Shown piece by piece: positions 28,333-41,209 of a stretch of DNA of 64,000 nucleotides (the stretch's first letter is position 1; each line of letters starts with the position of its first letter). Position numbers and translations under genes: made by a program. This DNA is from Eledone cirrhosa (Eukaryota): positions 310,124,001-310,188,000 of the forward strand of contig OZ024743.1 in assembly GCA_964016885.1 (NCBI GenBank), given 5' to 3'. The notes beneath the pieces are model-generated. The model saw only the letters and a list, made by a program, of their open reading frames with translations. It searched no databases and was not told the origin of the DNA.

Positions 28333-31300
28333 TTATCTCCAGCCTGCATAGGTTGGCCACTGGTGCAAGAGGGAGTTTGTTGCTGCTGCCCTTAGGTTTC
28401 CCTCGTGCCTTGTTTTGGGCCCATCCGGGATCCTGGATAGCAAGGTGTCAAGATGTTTCTTGAAGACATCCACCTCCACGTCATTCAAATCTCTCAGATC
28501 CCTCTGTAGCTTGTTCATGAGTTGAGGGCCCTTGAATTCCAGGCTATTGCAATACCTGCACCTTATTCTAGATGTGGAAGATGGGACCTTTAGCACCACC
28601 CAGTGACGTCCTGTTCGACGTTTGGTCCAGCTCCCAATGCCAAAGTTTCGTGCTAGTCCCTCCAGGATTTTCAACATGTAGATACCTGCGTATCTCTCCC
28701 GTCTCCCTTCCAAGGAGTAGAGGTTCAATTCTTTTAGCCTCTCCCAGTAGCTTGTCTCCTTCATCGTGGCAATCCTCTTGGTGTAGCTTCGCTGGATTGC
28801 CTCAAGCTCCGTGGTTAGTTTGACACTATGGGGTGCCCACAACTGGGAGCAATAGTCCAGGCGGCTTATGACAAATGTCCTCCATAGTGTCAACATGGTG
28901 TCTCGGTCCCTTGTCTGGAAAGTCCTCAAGATCCAGCCAGCGAGTCGTCAGCACATTGTCGCCAATTTTATGATGTTTAAGGAAAATATGCATCATCGCT
29001 CATGTCTATGCCCAGCTCTCGTATCGATTTTGACACGGGGATATCAGTCCCTCCTGGTCCTGTGTAGTTGTGTTCCACTATATTTGTGTTTGCAGGTTTG
29101 TTTGGAGGTTTGTATTGTAGGGCTTGGAATTTGCCAGCATTAAACTGCATGTTGTTTTCTTCCGCCCATTTGTATATTGCATCCAGATCTTGTTGTAAAA
29201 GGGCTGCGTCAGCCGGGTTTTTGATTGTCTGTGTTACCTTAGTGTCATCAGCATAGCTAGTGAGGGATGTTGTTGTATTTACTACAGAGGGCATGTCTGA
29301 GAGAACGACCAAAAGCAGTAGTGGTCCCAGGACTGTCCACTGGGGCACCCCACTTGTTATTGGTGTTTCCTTTGGGAAGGTCCCGTTTGCTGCGACTGTC
29401 TGGCTTCTGTCCTTTAGGAAGTCATGCAGCCACTCACCTACGTTTCCAGTTATGCCGAGTCCGTGTAGTTTGTGACATATCATTCCGTAGTCGACCTTGT
29501 CAAAGGCCTTCGCAAGGTCAAGATATATCACGTCCACATGTGAGCTGTTTAGCAGTTGTTTCGATACCCAGTCGTAGTGATGTAGCAGCTGTGTAAGGCA
29601 GCTTCTTCCTGGGCGGAAGCCATGCTGCGTGCTAGTCAGGCGGTCATTTTCCTCGAGGAAAGTGATCAGTTACTTTCTGACGACTCGCTCCATGACCTTA
29701 CTGATATGCGACGTCAGGGAGACTGGCCTATAGTTTTTGGCCTCCGCACTGCTACCTCCGTTATGGATAGGGCATATTGTGCCTTCTTTCAGCTCCCTGG
29801 TTAGTATACCGCTAGCCAAGGAGCTTCTGAAGAGCATCTTCAATGGAGTTGCTAAGGCCCGCTTACATGTTTTTAAGAGGACTGCTGGGAATCCATCAGG
29901 TCCAGCAGCTGAGTCTGTTCTAATTTTATCTATGGCGTACACCACATCCTCCTCCGTTATGTCTATATGGTTGATGGTCGCCATTTCTTCATGTAGTGTT
30001 GTGGCATCAAATAACTCCTCTGGCTTTGTTATTTGCATGTGCCTCAGTGGACTTGTGAACACACTTTTTTACTGTTCGTTCAGTATTTCACATATCTCTT
30101 GGGGATTCTCGGTTAATGAACCGTCAGTATGGAAGTGTACCGAGGCAGTTTCTTTTGCAAATTTAAAGAAGGGCTTAGGGTTTGTTTAAATGTTTTCTAT
30201 GGTCCTGCTCTCTTTCTTTACCCTCTCATTTTCATGGGAAAGTTTGAGTGCAATCTCGGTGCCAAGTAGTGCACGTTTCAAATAGGATTCCTTCTTGTTT
30301 TTTGTTTTCTTGTTGAGCATTCAACTGGTTTGAGAGCTTGATTCTACGTCTCATAAGGATTTTCCTATCTCTGGGAATAAGATTTTTGTGTCTGTTTGCC
30401 TTTTTCTCCGGGACAAACTTTTTGCATATAGTGTGTATCGTTGTCATGAAGTGTTGAAATTGTGTGTTAGTGTCTTGTGTGGCGGCGTTTTCACTCCATG
30501 TTTGCTTCCGGATTTCACTCTTAATCTTTTTTCCAGTTTGCCTTGTAGAAGTTAAGGCTGGATAACGTCCCGGAGCTTCTTGATGGTTTTGTCTCTGTTG
30601 GTTCTCTCGGACCATATAGCATTAGATCTACTACGTTATGATCCCACAGAATTGTTGGTGTCACCTTTAGATTGTGGACGAGCATTTCGTTGTTTATAAA
30701 ACAGAGGTCCAGGACATGTTCACCTCTTGTTGGGAGGAGTGTTGCTTGTTCCATGAACAGCCTGTGTGTGAGGGCCAGCAGGGATTCCGTCTGTCTCTGT
30801 TCTATTGACGTCATTCCAGGGAGGAGGTAGCCCTCATGCCATTTGACCTTTGGCAGGTTGAAGTCTCCCAGCAGTAGAATGTGAAGACCCTTATCCAGTT
30901 TGTCAAGGACCTCTTCTATCCTACTGAGGATATCCTCAAATTTACCCTCATGACTGGGAGCATCGGGCGGCCGATATGTGACACATATTACTGTCTGTAG
31001 TTGCTTCATATGTACTATCAGTGTGTCACAGACTGTTTGAATGTGTCAACAGTACAATTGGTGTGACATCTTCACGGATATACAGAGCAACCACACCATG
31101 AGTTATCTCCTTTCTGTTCGAACGAAATACTGTATATTTCGGTATATATATTTCTGCATCTGCTATACTGCTTGTCAGGTGCGTTTCGGTTAGTGCCATG
31201 CATAATGCTTGATTGCTTATGGCTAAGTCTCTCAAGTAGGAAATTTTACTCATGTTACTGAGTTTCACCAGGCCTCTGACATTCAGCAGCAGCATTGGTG
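28333..31300 (-). pseudogene. LINE ORF2 (APE endonuclease + RT), multiply frameshifted
   Basis: ORF-track fragments 31026-31427, 30521-31009, 30232-30615, 29670-30062, 28977-29537, 28333-28929. Confidence 0.9.
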
Positions 31301-32200
31301 TGACTTTTGGGGTGCCAGTAATGGCTGTCGGTATGACACCTGGTCTGGTGTCAGCGGCGGCCACTCTGGGTTCCTTAGCTGTGGTGGTCTCGAATGCTGG
31401 TGTGGGTGACTCTGGCTCTGGAAACAATGCAGCCAGGTCAGCTGGCCCACAATCTTCTCTGCCATCACTAACACATTTTTCTGCTCTGCTGCTGCCATCC
31501 GTATTTCGTCGGCATGTGCGTGCCTTATCCTTGTTGGTGCGGCACGCGCGACATCAGCATACTTCTGGAGCGGCTTGTTTCGGCTTCGGCTGGGGCATGT
31601 TGAGCGAGTAGGATGGGCATAGTTCGTTTGAGACCTGGGGTGAGCGAATCTGCATCCCATCCCTGTCTCTCCATGCCAGCAGGTCCCGTTCCTGAAAAAC
31701 TTGCACATTACTTGGGTTTTCTTGCTTCCAGTGTCTCGGTGCTTTCTGTTCTTCGTTTGAACAGTTGTCCACTGATCCCTCTACGCTTGGTTCTCCTTCG
31801 GAAGGTGATTTCGCTTTTCACCTTTACCTTTTGCTTGTTGCTTGCTCGGTCTGCCCTCCCTGACTGGGGAGGCGGGTGTCTCATCTTCTTTCAGGTCCGT
31901 GCTTGTGCTGTCCTCTTTTTCTTTTTCCTCTCTTTTCTCTTCGGTTTTCTCCTCCTTGAGGACGCGGCTTAGCATCGCCATATGTGGCGCTATGAGGACA
32001 TAGGCGTTCTCAATTTCTTTTCTTTTTCTCTTTATCTGTGCCAGGCTCTTCAGAAACCCATGGCTTTTCAGGATCTCCGCTATCTTTTTACTTGGTGGTG
32101 ACCCATCAGCCATGGTCCACCCCTTGATCAAAACCGCTAGTTCAATCTTTGACCAGTTTCGCTGACTCCTAATTTCACCTTTTTCCTGTATGCAGTCCAT
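31283..32200 (-). pseudogene. LINE ORF1 remnant with Myb/SANT-like domain, charged linker and CCCH zinc finger
   Basis: RNWSKIELAVLIKGW..KKIAEILKSHGFLKSLAQIKRKRKEI, then CKFFRNGTCWHGETGMGCRFAHP. Confidence 0.65.
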
Positions 32201-33241
32201 TTCGCTGTGGAGGGGAGAAAGAGAGATAGTGGAAAGGGTAGGGTAGATATTAGAGAGGGACAGAGGAAGATATAAGTCCAGTGAGAAATTAAGGAGCGAT
32301 TTAGAGGGAAAGAGAGAGAGAGAGCTTATGCGATCTCGACAGAGAGAAAAAGAAAAAGAAACAGAAGAAAAGAAAGGGGAGAGAGACAGAGGAGAGGAGC
32401 GAGAGAGATAGAGAGAGAGAGGAAGGAAGAAGGAGAGAGACAGAGACAGTGTGAGAAATTGCAATTCAGAAAGAGAGAGAACGGTCAAATAGAACTATAA
32501 ATATTACTAATAAATATCGTTCAAAGAATATTTCACGATTAAAACACCAAAACAAAGTGAACAGCAAATGATATCCATTTGAAATATAAAAGGAGACAGA
32601 ATAAATTAAGATAAAATGAAATAAAATAAGATAAATTTAAAACAAATTAAATGAATGAAACCTAAAAAGTTAAAGATATAGAAACACGATGTGAGTTGTA
32701 TAGAAGTTGATTTCAAATGTTTGTTTACAAATATAACTAACAAGAACCGTATAGAGTGACCGTAGTTATTGTAATATCAATATATCAAAAACAACAACAA
32801 ACACACATGCAAACCGAGTCAAAAATAAAAATAAAATTATATTAAATTAGATTATGTTACTCAGAATAAAACAAAATAATACAACATTTACTTAAATTAA
32901 ATTAAATTACGTACTAGCCTTCTATACTCTGTATGGTAGTCAAAGAAAGAAAGAAAGAAAGATAGAAAGCACGTGTGAGTGTTGTTTTTCGGAGAATATC
33001 ACACAGTGAAAATAAACATGTTTAAAACGCTAATATACGTAAAATATGCGTAAAGTAATCGCGTCAAAGCACAAAAACTTATCTTTTTTGTATGTTTTCC
33101 TTGTCTTCTGAAAAATTACAACCGTACATAAACCGATTACTGTCGATTTAAAATTTAAAATCTCAACGTTCAGCAATTCATGTCTGTACCAACAAGCTGC
33201 CAAGGCTATATATATATATATAAATAAATATATATAAATAT

Positions 33242-33272
<31 letters not shown>

Positions 33273-33309
33273 AATATAAATTTATATATATATATAAATA
33301 TAAATTTAT

Positions 33310-33340
<31 letters not shown>

Positions 33341-33341
33341 A

Positions 33342-33434
<93 letters not shown>

Positions 33435-33439
<5 letters not shown>

Positions 33440-34315
33440 GAAAGTAGAGAAATTAATGTGAGCAAGAAGCCAACAGTATTTCATAATATATAAGTGACTA
33501 TAACGTCAAAATAGAAAATATTTAACGTAAGATATGGGAAAATAATTCAAACTCAATTAAAAAAAATCAAGACAGAGATTTTATCCACAGATTTTGTGAA
33601 ATCCAGGGAAAAAACCAATAGAGTCTTAACTCAGTATAAAATAAAGTTTAAATACTCATCCTTCAATTTGGAAAAACTACAAATGCTCTATATAGTATTA
33701 AAAAGACTATTTCACGAAACTTTTCAGTGGGATTAGTCACGGTTGGAGTTGTTCATCAGTAGAGCTCAACACGATAGCCAAAGCCACTGCCAAAATTTGC
33801 CAGAAAGGGAATTTAAAAGCAGGCTAGTTCACCTCGTGAGGAATTATGAAAATAAACACACATGTAGAAACATGGCTGGTGACGTCAGAATGAGACGAAT
33901 GTCTGTTTACAAGAAACAGTAGTCAAAACATTCCGAAAAAGCTCTACAAATGTATGGAGTTCAGCATATAGCAATATTATCGCGGTTTTTGTTTTTAAAA
34001 GACCGGGATTAGTCACAAATAATTTTAAGCACTCTAGGAAAAATTCTTAGTATAAACATAAATGAAAGTAGAGAAATTAATGTGAGCAAGAAGCCAACAG
34101 TATTTCATAATATATAAGTGACTATAACGTCAAAATGAGACGAATGTCTGTTTACAAGAAACAGCAGTCAAGACATTCCGAAAAAACACGCTACAGATGT
34201 ATGGAGTTCAGCATATAGCAATATTATCGCGTTTTTTTTTAAAAGAAAGACCGGGATTAGTCACAAATAATTTTAATCAATCTAGGAAAAATTCCGAGTA
34301 TAAATAAAAGTACAG

Positions 34316-34320
<5 letters not shown>
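33435..34320 (-). mobile_element. Family C (diverged subfamily, ~625-nt unit), ~1.4 units
   Basis: ataaatgaaagtagagaaatt at 33433 and 34058; HHR at 33685-33765(-) with stem I gctcta/tagagc. Confidence 0.85.
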
Positions 34321-34380
<60 letters not shown>

Positions 34381-34412
34381 TTATATATATATATATATAT
34401 ATATAAATATAC

Positions 34413-34463
<51 letters not shown>

Positions 34464-34484
34464 AATATACATTTATATATATAT

Positions 34485-34517
<33 letters not shown>

Positions 34518-34524
34518 AATATAC

Positions 34525-34619
<95 letters not shown>

Positions 34620-34709
34620 TACATTTATATATATATATATATATAAATATACATTTATATATATATATATATATATATAAATATACATTTATATATATAT
34701 ATATATTTA

Positions 34710-36700
34710 TTTATGAAAGTAAAACAAAGAAGCCTTCAATACATCAAAAGTCTTTATTAGCCAACAATGTTTCGTCCTATTAAGGACTCATCAGGGCAAT
34801 TAAAACAACAAGAAGTATTATCGGCCAATACAAGCCGAAAACTCCGAAGAATATGGAGTGTACATACACTAAAGTATTGCAAGATTATGGGTGAAAATAT
34901 ATAATAAAAATCACTAAGGAGGTGTATAACATTTAGAACCATATTACAAATATAGTCCAAAGCAAAAAAAACCTAGAGCTAAACAAAGGTGGTTATATAG
35001 AGCGGGAATTATATATAATACTATATAATATAATATAATATACTTGTAACAATATTAAAATTACAATAAAAATTAAAAGGTACAATATACATATGTATAT
35101 ATGTACGCACACGTACGCACATATACACATACATCGATACACATATCCATCTTTAACAGCACAAATTAAACCTTATTAAGAGTTTAAATATAAATAAGCA
35201 TGATAGGAATAAAAATAATAATAATAATAATAATACGTATATCTAATATACATGAAGTAATAATATGATTAAAAGTAACACATATAATATATAATAAACT
35301 ATATAATTATATACTATATAGTATAATATAATAGATAATCTCCGGTTAATTTACACAAACAATATAGATGTCACAATAATACTATAATAATAATATAATA
35401 ACATATATAATATATAATATATAATGGCATGTAAGTTAACAAATCAATTCATATAGAGTTACAGAGTAGGTGAGAAAAAAATATGAATTGTACAATACCC
35501 AAAATTATGATGGTACAAAAATATAAACATCTTACATGATATATAAAATTTAACATATCATAATGGTACATATAATCAACGGTAAGTAATAAGGATCAAT
35601 AGTACAATAACAACTACAATATAAAATAATAATAAACATAATATAATATATAATTACTTATAATTACAAGGTTGGTAAACAGACATATATGTGGATGAGT
35701 GAGTAAGGGCCAGACAGAAAATAGAATGCACAGTAGTATTAATAAATAAATAAATAAAATCAACCGGAAATTAAAAAACAAAAACAAAAGTATATACTTA
35801 GGTCACACATGCAGTTAAGTAAAAACTTAGGAAACAACCCAGGTAAATGACTCGAAAACCCTATTTGATAAATTAATATTAAAAATATTAAAAATATCTA
35901 ATAAGGCAATACAATATTAGCTATGGTTTAAGTAATCAAAATTTATAAAGATTAATATTTCACTACAAATATATATATAAAGGAATGACATTTTCTACTA
36001 TCATTTACATAACGATATCTAAAAAACTGACTTAAGCAGAATTATCGTAGGCTAATAGGGACAGAAAAAAAGAAATGTATGGAGGATACAAAGGAGCATA
36101 CAATCATAGTCAATATACTATATTATAATAATAGAAAGGAGCGTAAAAGAGGGGGGGGGTTAAATATAATCATAATATATTTGAAGGGGTTGACAATAAG
36201 TTTATATGTGTATGGGGGGAGGGAGGGGGGGGGGGGGGTTATCCAAAGAAGAATCCAAATAAAATAAAATAAAATGAAATAAAATAAAATAATGTAAAAT
36301 ATATAATCAGATATATACTCATAAGGTGTTAATAGTGAAAATTTAATGCGTAAGAAGATAGATATGGTATAGTAGCCAAAAGATTATGAGAGCTAGAATA
36401 AAGAGTTGTCAAAAACCAATGATAATAATGATGATAATAATGGTGGTAAACAAAAAGAACCTAAACTAAAAAAATAAGTAATGGAATATATCAGCCAATG
36501 GATACAATTTATACTACTAGAAGCTTTAGGTTTATAATAAAAGTAAGAATTAGAAATAGCGTGGGGGCAAGAAGAGAATATCTCAGACTTTCTATTAAGT
36601 AAGGATTCGCTAGAGAAAATTATAGAGTGTGTCTCGAGGATACAGAGATTACAAAATTTAGTGCGTGTAGAAAGGTTATTAGAGCGTGCTACTAAACAAA
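34710..36700 (-). mobile_element. Hydra-like PLE family H5, 3' end with ~1.8-kb AT-rich 3'UTR
   Basis: Minus strand ~36560-36660 reads FCNLCILETHSIIFSSESLLNRKSEIFSSCPH; terminal HHR. Confidence 0.75.
34756..34800 (-). ncRNA. Canonical type I hammerhead ribozyme
   Basis: gcc-CTGATGA-gtcc-ttaata-ggac-GAAAC-att-GTT-ggc. Confidence 0.85.
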
Positions 36701-36704
36701 TATA

Positions 36705-37825
36705 ATGTGCAGGTTATGTAGAAGCCTACACATAGTCCGTAGGAATATATGTAGGTGGGCACTTATAAATCATCAGTGGATGCCCGACAAATATCGATAA
36801 AAAAAACCTTACCGATATTAATGTTCAGCGATGGTACCCCTAGATGCCAGAATAACCGCCAAATTTGAAATTCCAGCAGTCTCACAATCAGAAATCTCAC
36901 ATTGCCATCAAGCGGAAAGGGGAGGTCATCGCAAAACATAAAAAAATAAAATAATATGCACGCGGGTCAATTAATTCTTTCAATAATTTTAACCATGCGT
37001 GAAGAACTCAATTGGATATAAAAAAATAAATATATGCATCTATTATTTATACACGCATATAGGTATTTTCTTAGGCTAAAAACAGAGATAAGATACCGGA
37101 AGAACAATCAATATTTCATACAAAGAATAAATACGGAATGTCATACCTAAAATGTATCTGGAAATATTCATCCCTGGCCAAATCAAGAGTATAATGTTTA
37201 ATACATTAACAGCGAAAGCTTTAAGCAATACTCTGACCGGCTTCCGTCTCACTCATCAAACATTAGGATATACCTTAGTATAATCCCAATTATACGTTTG
37301 GGGTGCTAACTATACGTATTTTGCGGATAGCTAGTTCTATTATTTTATATTAGACATAATTAAAATATATCTCTCCTTCCAAACAATCGTTTCATTATAA
37401 GTTTTCTACATATTGGGAAAATAATGTCCATTTATGTAGAAGCCTGCACATAGTCCGTAGGAATATATGTAGGTGGGCACTCACTTATAAATCATCAGTG
37501 GATGCCCGACAAATATCGATACAAAAAACCTTACCGATATTAATGTTCAGCGATGGTACCCCTCCGTGCCAGAATGACCGCCAAATTTGAAATTCCAGCA
37601 TTCTCACAATGAGAAATCTCACATTGCCATCAAACGGAAAGGGGAGGTCATCGCAAAACATAAAAAAATAGCATAATATGTACGCGGGTCAATTAATTCT
37701 TTCAATAATTTTAACCATGCGTTAAGAACTCAATTGGATATAAAAAATAAATATATGCATGTATTATTTATACACGCATATAGGTATTGTCTTAGGCTAT
37801 CAGAGATAAGATACCGGAAGAACAG
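36705..37825 (-). repeat. Family D non-coding ~720-bp tandem repeat, ~1.55 units
   Basis: ttatgtagaagcct.cacatagtccgtagg at ~36714 and ~37432; strand inferred from a degenerate HHR-like motif at 37230-37262. Confidence 0.8.
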
Positions 37826-37827
37826 TT

Positions 37828-37909
37828 GGTAGCGTGGCCGAGCGGTCTAAGGTGCTGGTTTAAGGCACCAGTCTCTCCGGAGGCGTGGGTTCGAATCCCA
37901 CCGCTGCCA
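37828..37909 (+). tRNA. tRNA-Leu(AAG), gene or recent retrocopy
   Basis: GGTAGCGTGGCCGAGCGGTCTAAGG..CTGGT-TTAAGGC-ACCAG..GTGGGTTCGAATCCCACCGCTGCCA; 82 nt, long variable arm, intact A and B boxes. Confidence 0.92.
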
Positions 37910-38021
37910 AATATATATAAATATATATATTTATATGAATATATATTTATATATATATATATATGTATATATATATAAATATATATATATATATAAATAT
38001 ATATTTATATGTATTTATATA

Positions 38022-39087
38022 TACTAACCGCGGCAGTAACTGCAACTGCCGTTACCCTAATGCATGCCCACTAAACGGACAATGCCTTACACCCAATATA
38101 GTTTATAGGTGCACAGTTAAAACAGCATCGCATACCAGCACCTATATTGGCTCTACCTCTAACACTATTTAAGTTACGCTATAACACGCACTCATTTTCC
38201 TTCCGAAACCCTAGCAATAAATGTTCAACATCTCTAGCTAGTCTCATTAAAAACCATAAATTAACCAACATTGAACACTCACTAACATGGGATATCTTGG
38301 CTAGAGCCCAACCGTTCAATGGACGAAGAAACCCCTATGATCTCTGTTTTACCGAAGCCTATTACATAACTCTATCACGACCTCTACCGATTAAAGATAG
38401 AACGGAGGTAACTATTAGCTCTCAATATCGAAGGGCTAATTCCTTCGCCAACAGAATATTTGACCCAACATAGTCATCTAATCCCACTCTTACTTTTAGC
38501 TAACATGTTAAATAGTTATAGCTAACTTAGATAATTATAAGTTACCTCCTTTACATTGTCTCTCACTTAAACTCATTAGCACTTCTTAACTATAAACCAC
38601 CTACAATTTCTAATTTCTCGAGGAGATACTTCCCCTGAAACCAGCCTCTAATAAGTAAGATAAAGATGTCCTTTGGCGGCCATCTTGTTACCCATAGGCA
38701 GATCTCGCATAATGCAGCCTCGACAGAAGAATATTGCTCGCCTATGGCAGACAATAGATAGACCCAGGACACCATAGTGAGATACCAATATATGGAATAT
38801 TACATTCATGTAACCATCTTTCTTTACCTTAATTTATATTCCTTTTGAAGTTCCGATGAACTGCTCCATTTTTACCTAAGTTAATTATCTTCATCTGAAC
38901 CAGATGAATAATGATCTATAATCACTTGATCCAGAAACATTATATGGAGTAGCGAAACAATTGTAAACGTACATTATTATTATTATTATTATTATTCTTT
39001 ACATTCCTTACATTAAACTACAACTATGTTGACAATCTTTAAATAATGTCTTCCTTGTGAAATTTGTGGTCTTGTTTGCGTAACTAA

Positions 39088-39090
<3 letters not shown>
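38022..39090 (+). mobile_element. Hydra-like PLE family H2, 3' fragment without the SINE
   Basis: CNCRYPNACPLNGQC..IVYRC..YIG; HHR-like motif at 38850-38968 (gtt-CCGATGA-actgctcca..tggagtagc-GAAAC-aatt-GTA-aac). Confidence 0.88.
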
Positions 39091-39133
<43 letters not shown>

Positions 39134-39249
39134 TATATATAAATATATATAAATATATATTTATATAAATATATATATAGATATATTATATATATATATA
39201 TTTATATATATATATTATATATATATATAAATATATATTATATATATAT

Positions 39250-39296
<47 letters not shown>

Positions 39297-39298
<2 letters not shown>

Positions 39299-41098
39299 TA
39301 GATAAATAGACACGGGTGTGTATTATTGTGTGTAGAAGATTATATTAATAAGATGAATTCAAACTTTGTATGATTTAGTCGTTTTATTTACAATCCTTTA
39401 ACATTTATAATGCTATTAGAATGAAATAGTATGGTAAAATATTAAATGTTAAGTGTTAATTGAACAAGTACTTGACAAATTGCAAACTTGACTGTCACCA
39501 CACATTATGAACCTGAAGATTATATATATAAAGAATTAAAAAGAACAGAAAGATGCAGTAAAAGAGATTTATTCGGTTCTTACGTACGTTTCAATAGACA
39601 TCTATTTGCCTAGATCTCGCTACATCTATAATATTATATATTTAGTAGAGCATTCGATATCCAATGCACAATCGATCCCATATCATCAGAGATTATGTTT
39701 ACCGCACGAGAATGTTCAGGTTTTTATAGGAATTAATGTGAAGTTGAAGTAGAGAAGAAGGAGGATGTGACAAAGACGAGAGAGATAGGGGGGGTTTTCA
39801 TAGTTGTTGAGGTAAAACAGAGGGGAGGATAAAATATGATAATGAAGTCTAGATATGGACTAGTCCAACTATGTGTGTGTGCTAGAGAGATGGTAGACGT
39901 TGATAGGTTTACGATCTATGATAGATGGAGGCAAGGGAGACTATGTCGAGTGACTTGTAAAGTATGAAGGAGGAGATGTTGAATAGGGGAGATGTGGTTA
40001 ATAGAAGGCATAGCAATAATCCATGGGGATAGATAGAGGAGGTAGAAGGAAGATAGAGGAAGGCAGAAGTCACAGGATCAAATCAAGCCAGGTTTGTATT
40101 TAGAGAAGGTAGCCTTGAGTCTGTGATTGCAGTATAGAGTCCTTTCCGTTCTGTTGTTGAGAAGAGTATATTTGGATTTTAGTATGTAAAATAGCTCCAT
40201 ATTGCATAATCGGCAGTAAGGCTGGCCTGCACGATATGCGGAAGCACTAGAAAGTTTTGTCCATTTCAAAGTGTATTGCAGGTTACTTTCGCACAACTGC
40301 CAAATTGTATTGGCTAAGGTAGTTACGGAACGGTATTTGATGTTCTTTATCGAACTACGGTGTTGGTACCAACGACACACATATAAACCTAACGCAATCT
40401 ATACAAGATAATAATACTACAGGAGCTGATAAGTGCAACTGCAACCTACCTGATCGTTGCCCTCTGAATAACTAATACATGGAATCCAATTTGGTGTATC
40501 AAAGCACCGTTGAATCGGATAACCGAAGATGGCACTATATCAGCTGTACCTCTACCACTTTTAAATCTCGTTGGTACCAACACCGTAGTTCGATAAAGAA
40601 CATCAAATACCGTTCCGTAACTACCTTAGCCAATACAATTTGGCAGTTGCGCGAAAGTAACCTGCAATACACTTTGAAATGGACAAAACTTTCTAGTGCT
40701 TCCGCATATCGTGCAGGCCAGCCTTACTGCCGATTATGCAATATGGAGCTATTTTACATACTAAAATCCAAATATACTCTTCTCAACAACAGAACGGAAA
40801 GGACTCTATACTGCAATCACAGACTCAAGGCCAACCTTCTCTAAATACAAACCTGGCTTGATTTGATCCTGCGACTTCTGCCTTCCTCTATCTTCCTTCT
40901 ACCTCCTCTATCTATCCCCATGGATTATTGCTATGCCTTCTATTAAGCACATCTCCCTTATTCAACATCTCCTCCTACATACTTTACAAGTCACTCGACA
41001 TAATCTCCCTTGCCTCCATCTATCATAGATCGTAAACCTATCAACGTCTACCATCTCTCTAGCACACACACATAGTTGGACTAGTCCATATCTAGACT
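39297..41098. mobile_element. Hydra-like PLE family H6, tail-out inverted pair (junction ~40376)
   Basis: ORFs 40078-40380(-) and 40479-40844(+) are near-identical endonuclease C-termini, close to the 60527 protein; HHR at 39578-39692(-). Confidence 0.88.
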
Positions 41099-41131
41099 AT
41101 ATATATATATAAAACAATCTCTATACCTCTC

Positions 41132-41206
<75 letters not shown>

Positions 41207-41209
41207 AAA

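Larger units (their letters stand above)
28250..33207 (-). mobile_element. Near-full-length decayed CR1/L2-group LINE
   Basis: APE motifs (LLNVRGL, LTETHL, YRPP, LLGDFN, LDL, DH) and RT motifs (NYRPVSLTS, DVIYLDLAKAFDKV, GVPQ..LGP, YADD); 3' tail AAGGGCGGTGCCCCAGCACGGCC..GTAAAAGAGTAAAA resembling the OK-SINE tail; CT-rich 5'UTR. Confidence 0.92.
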
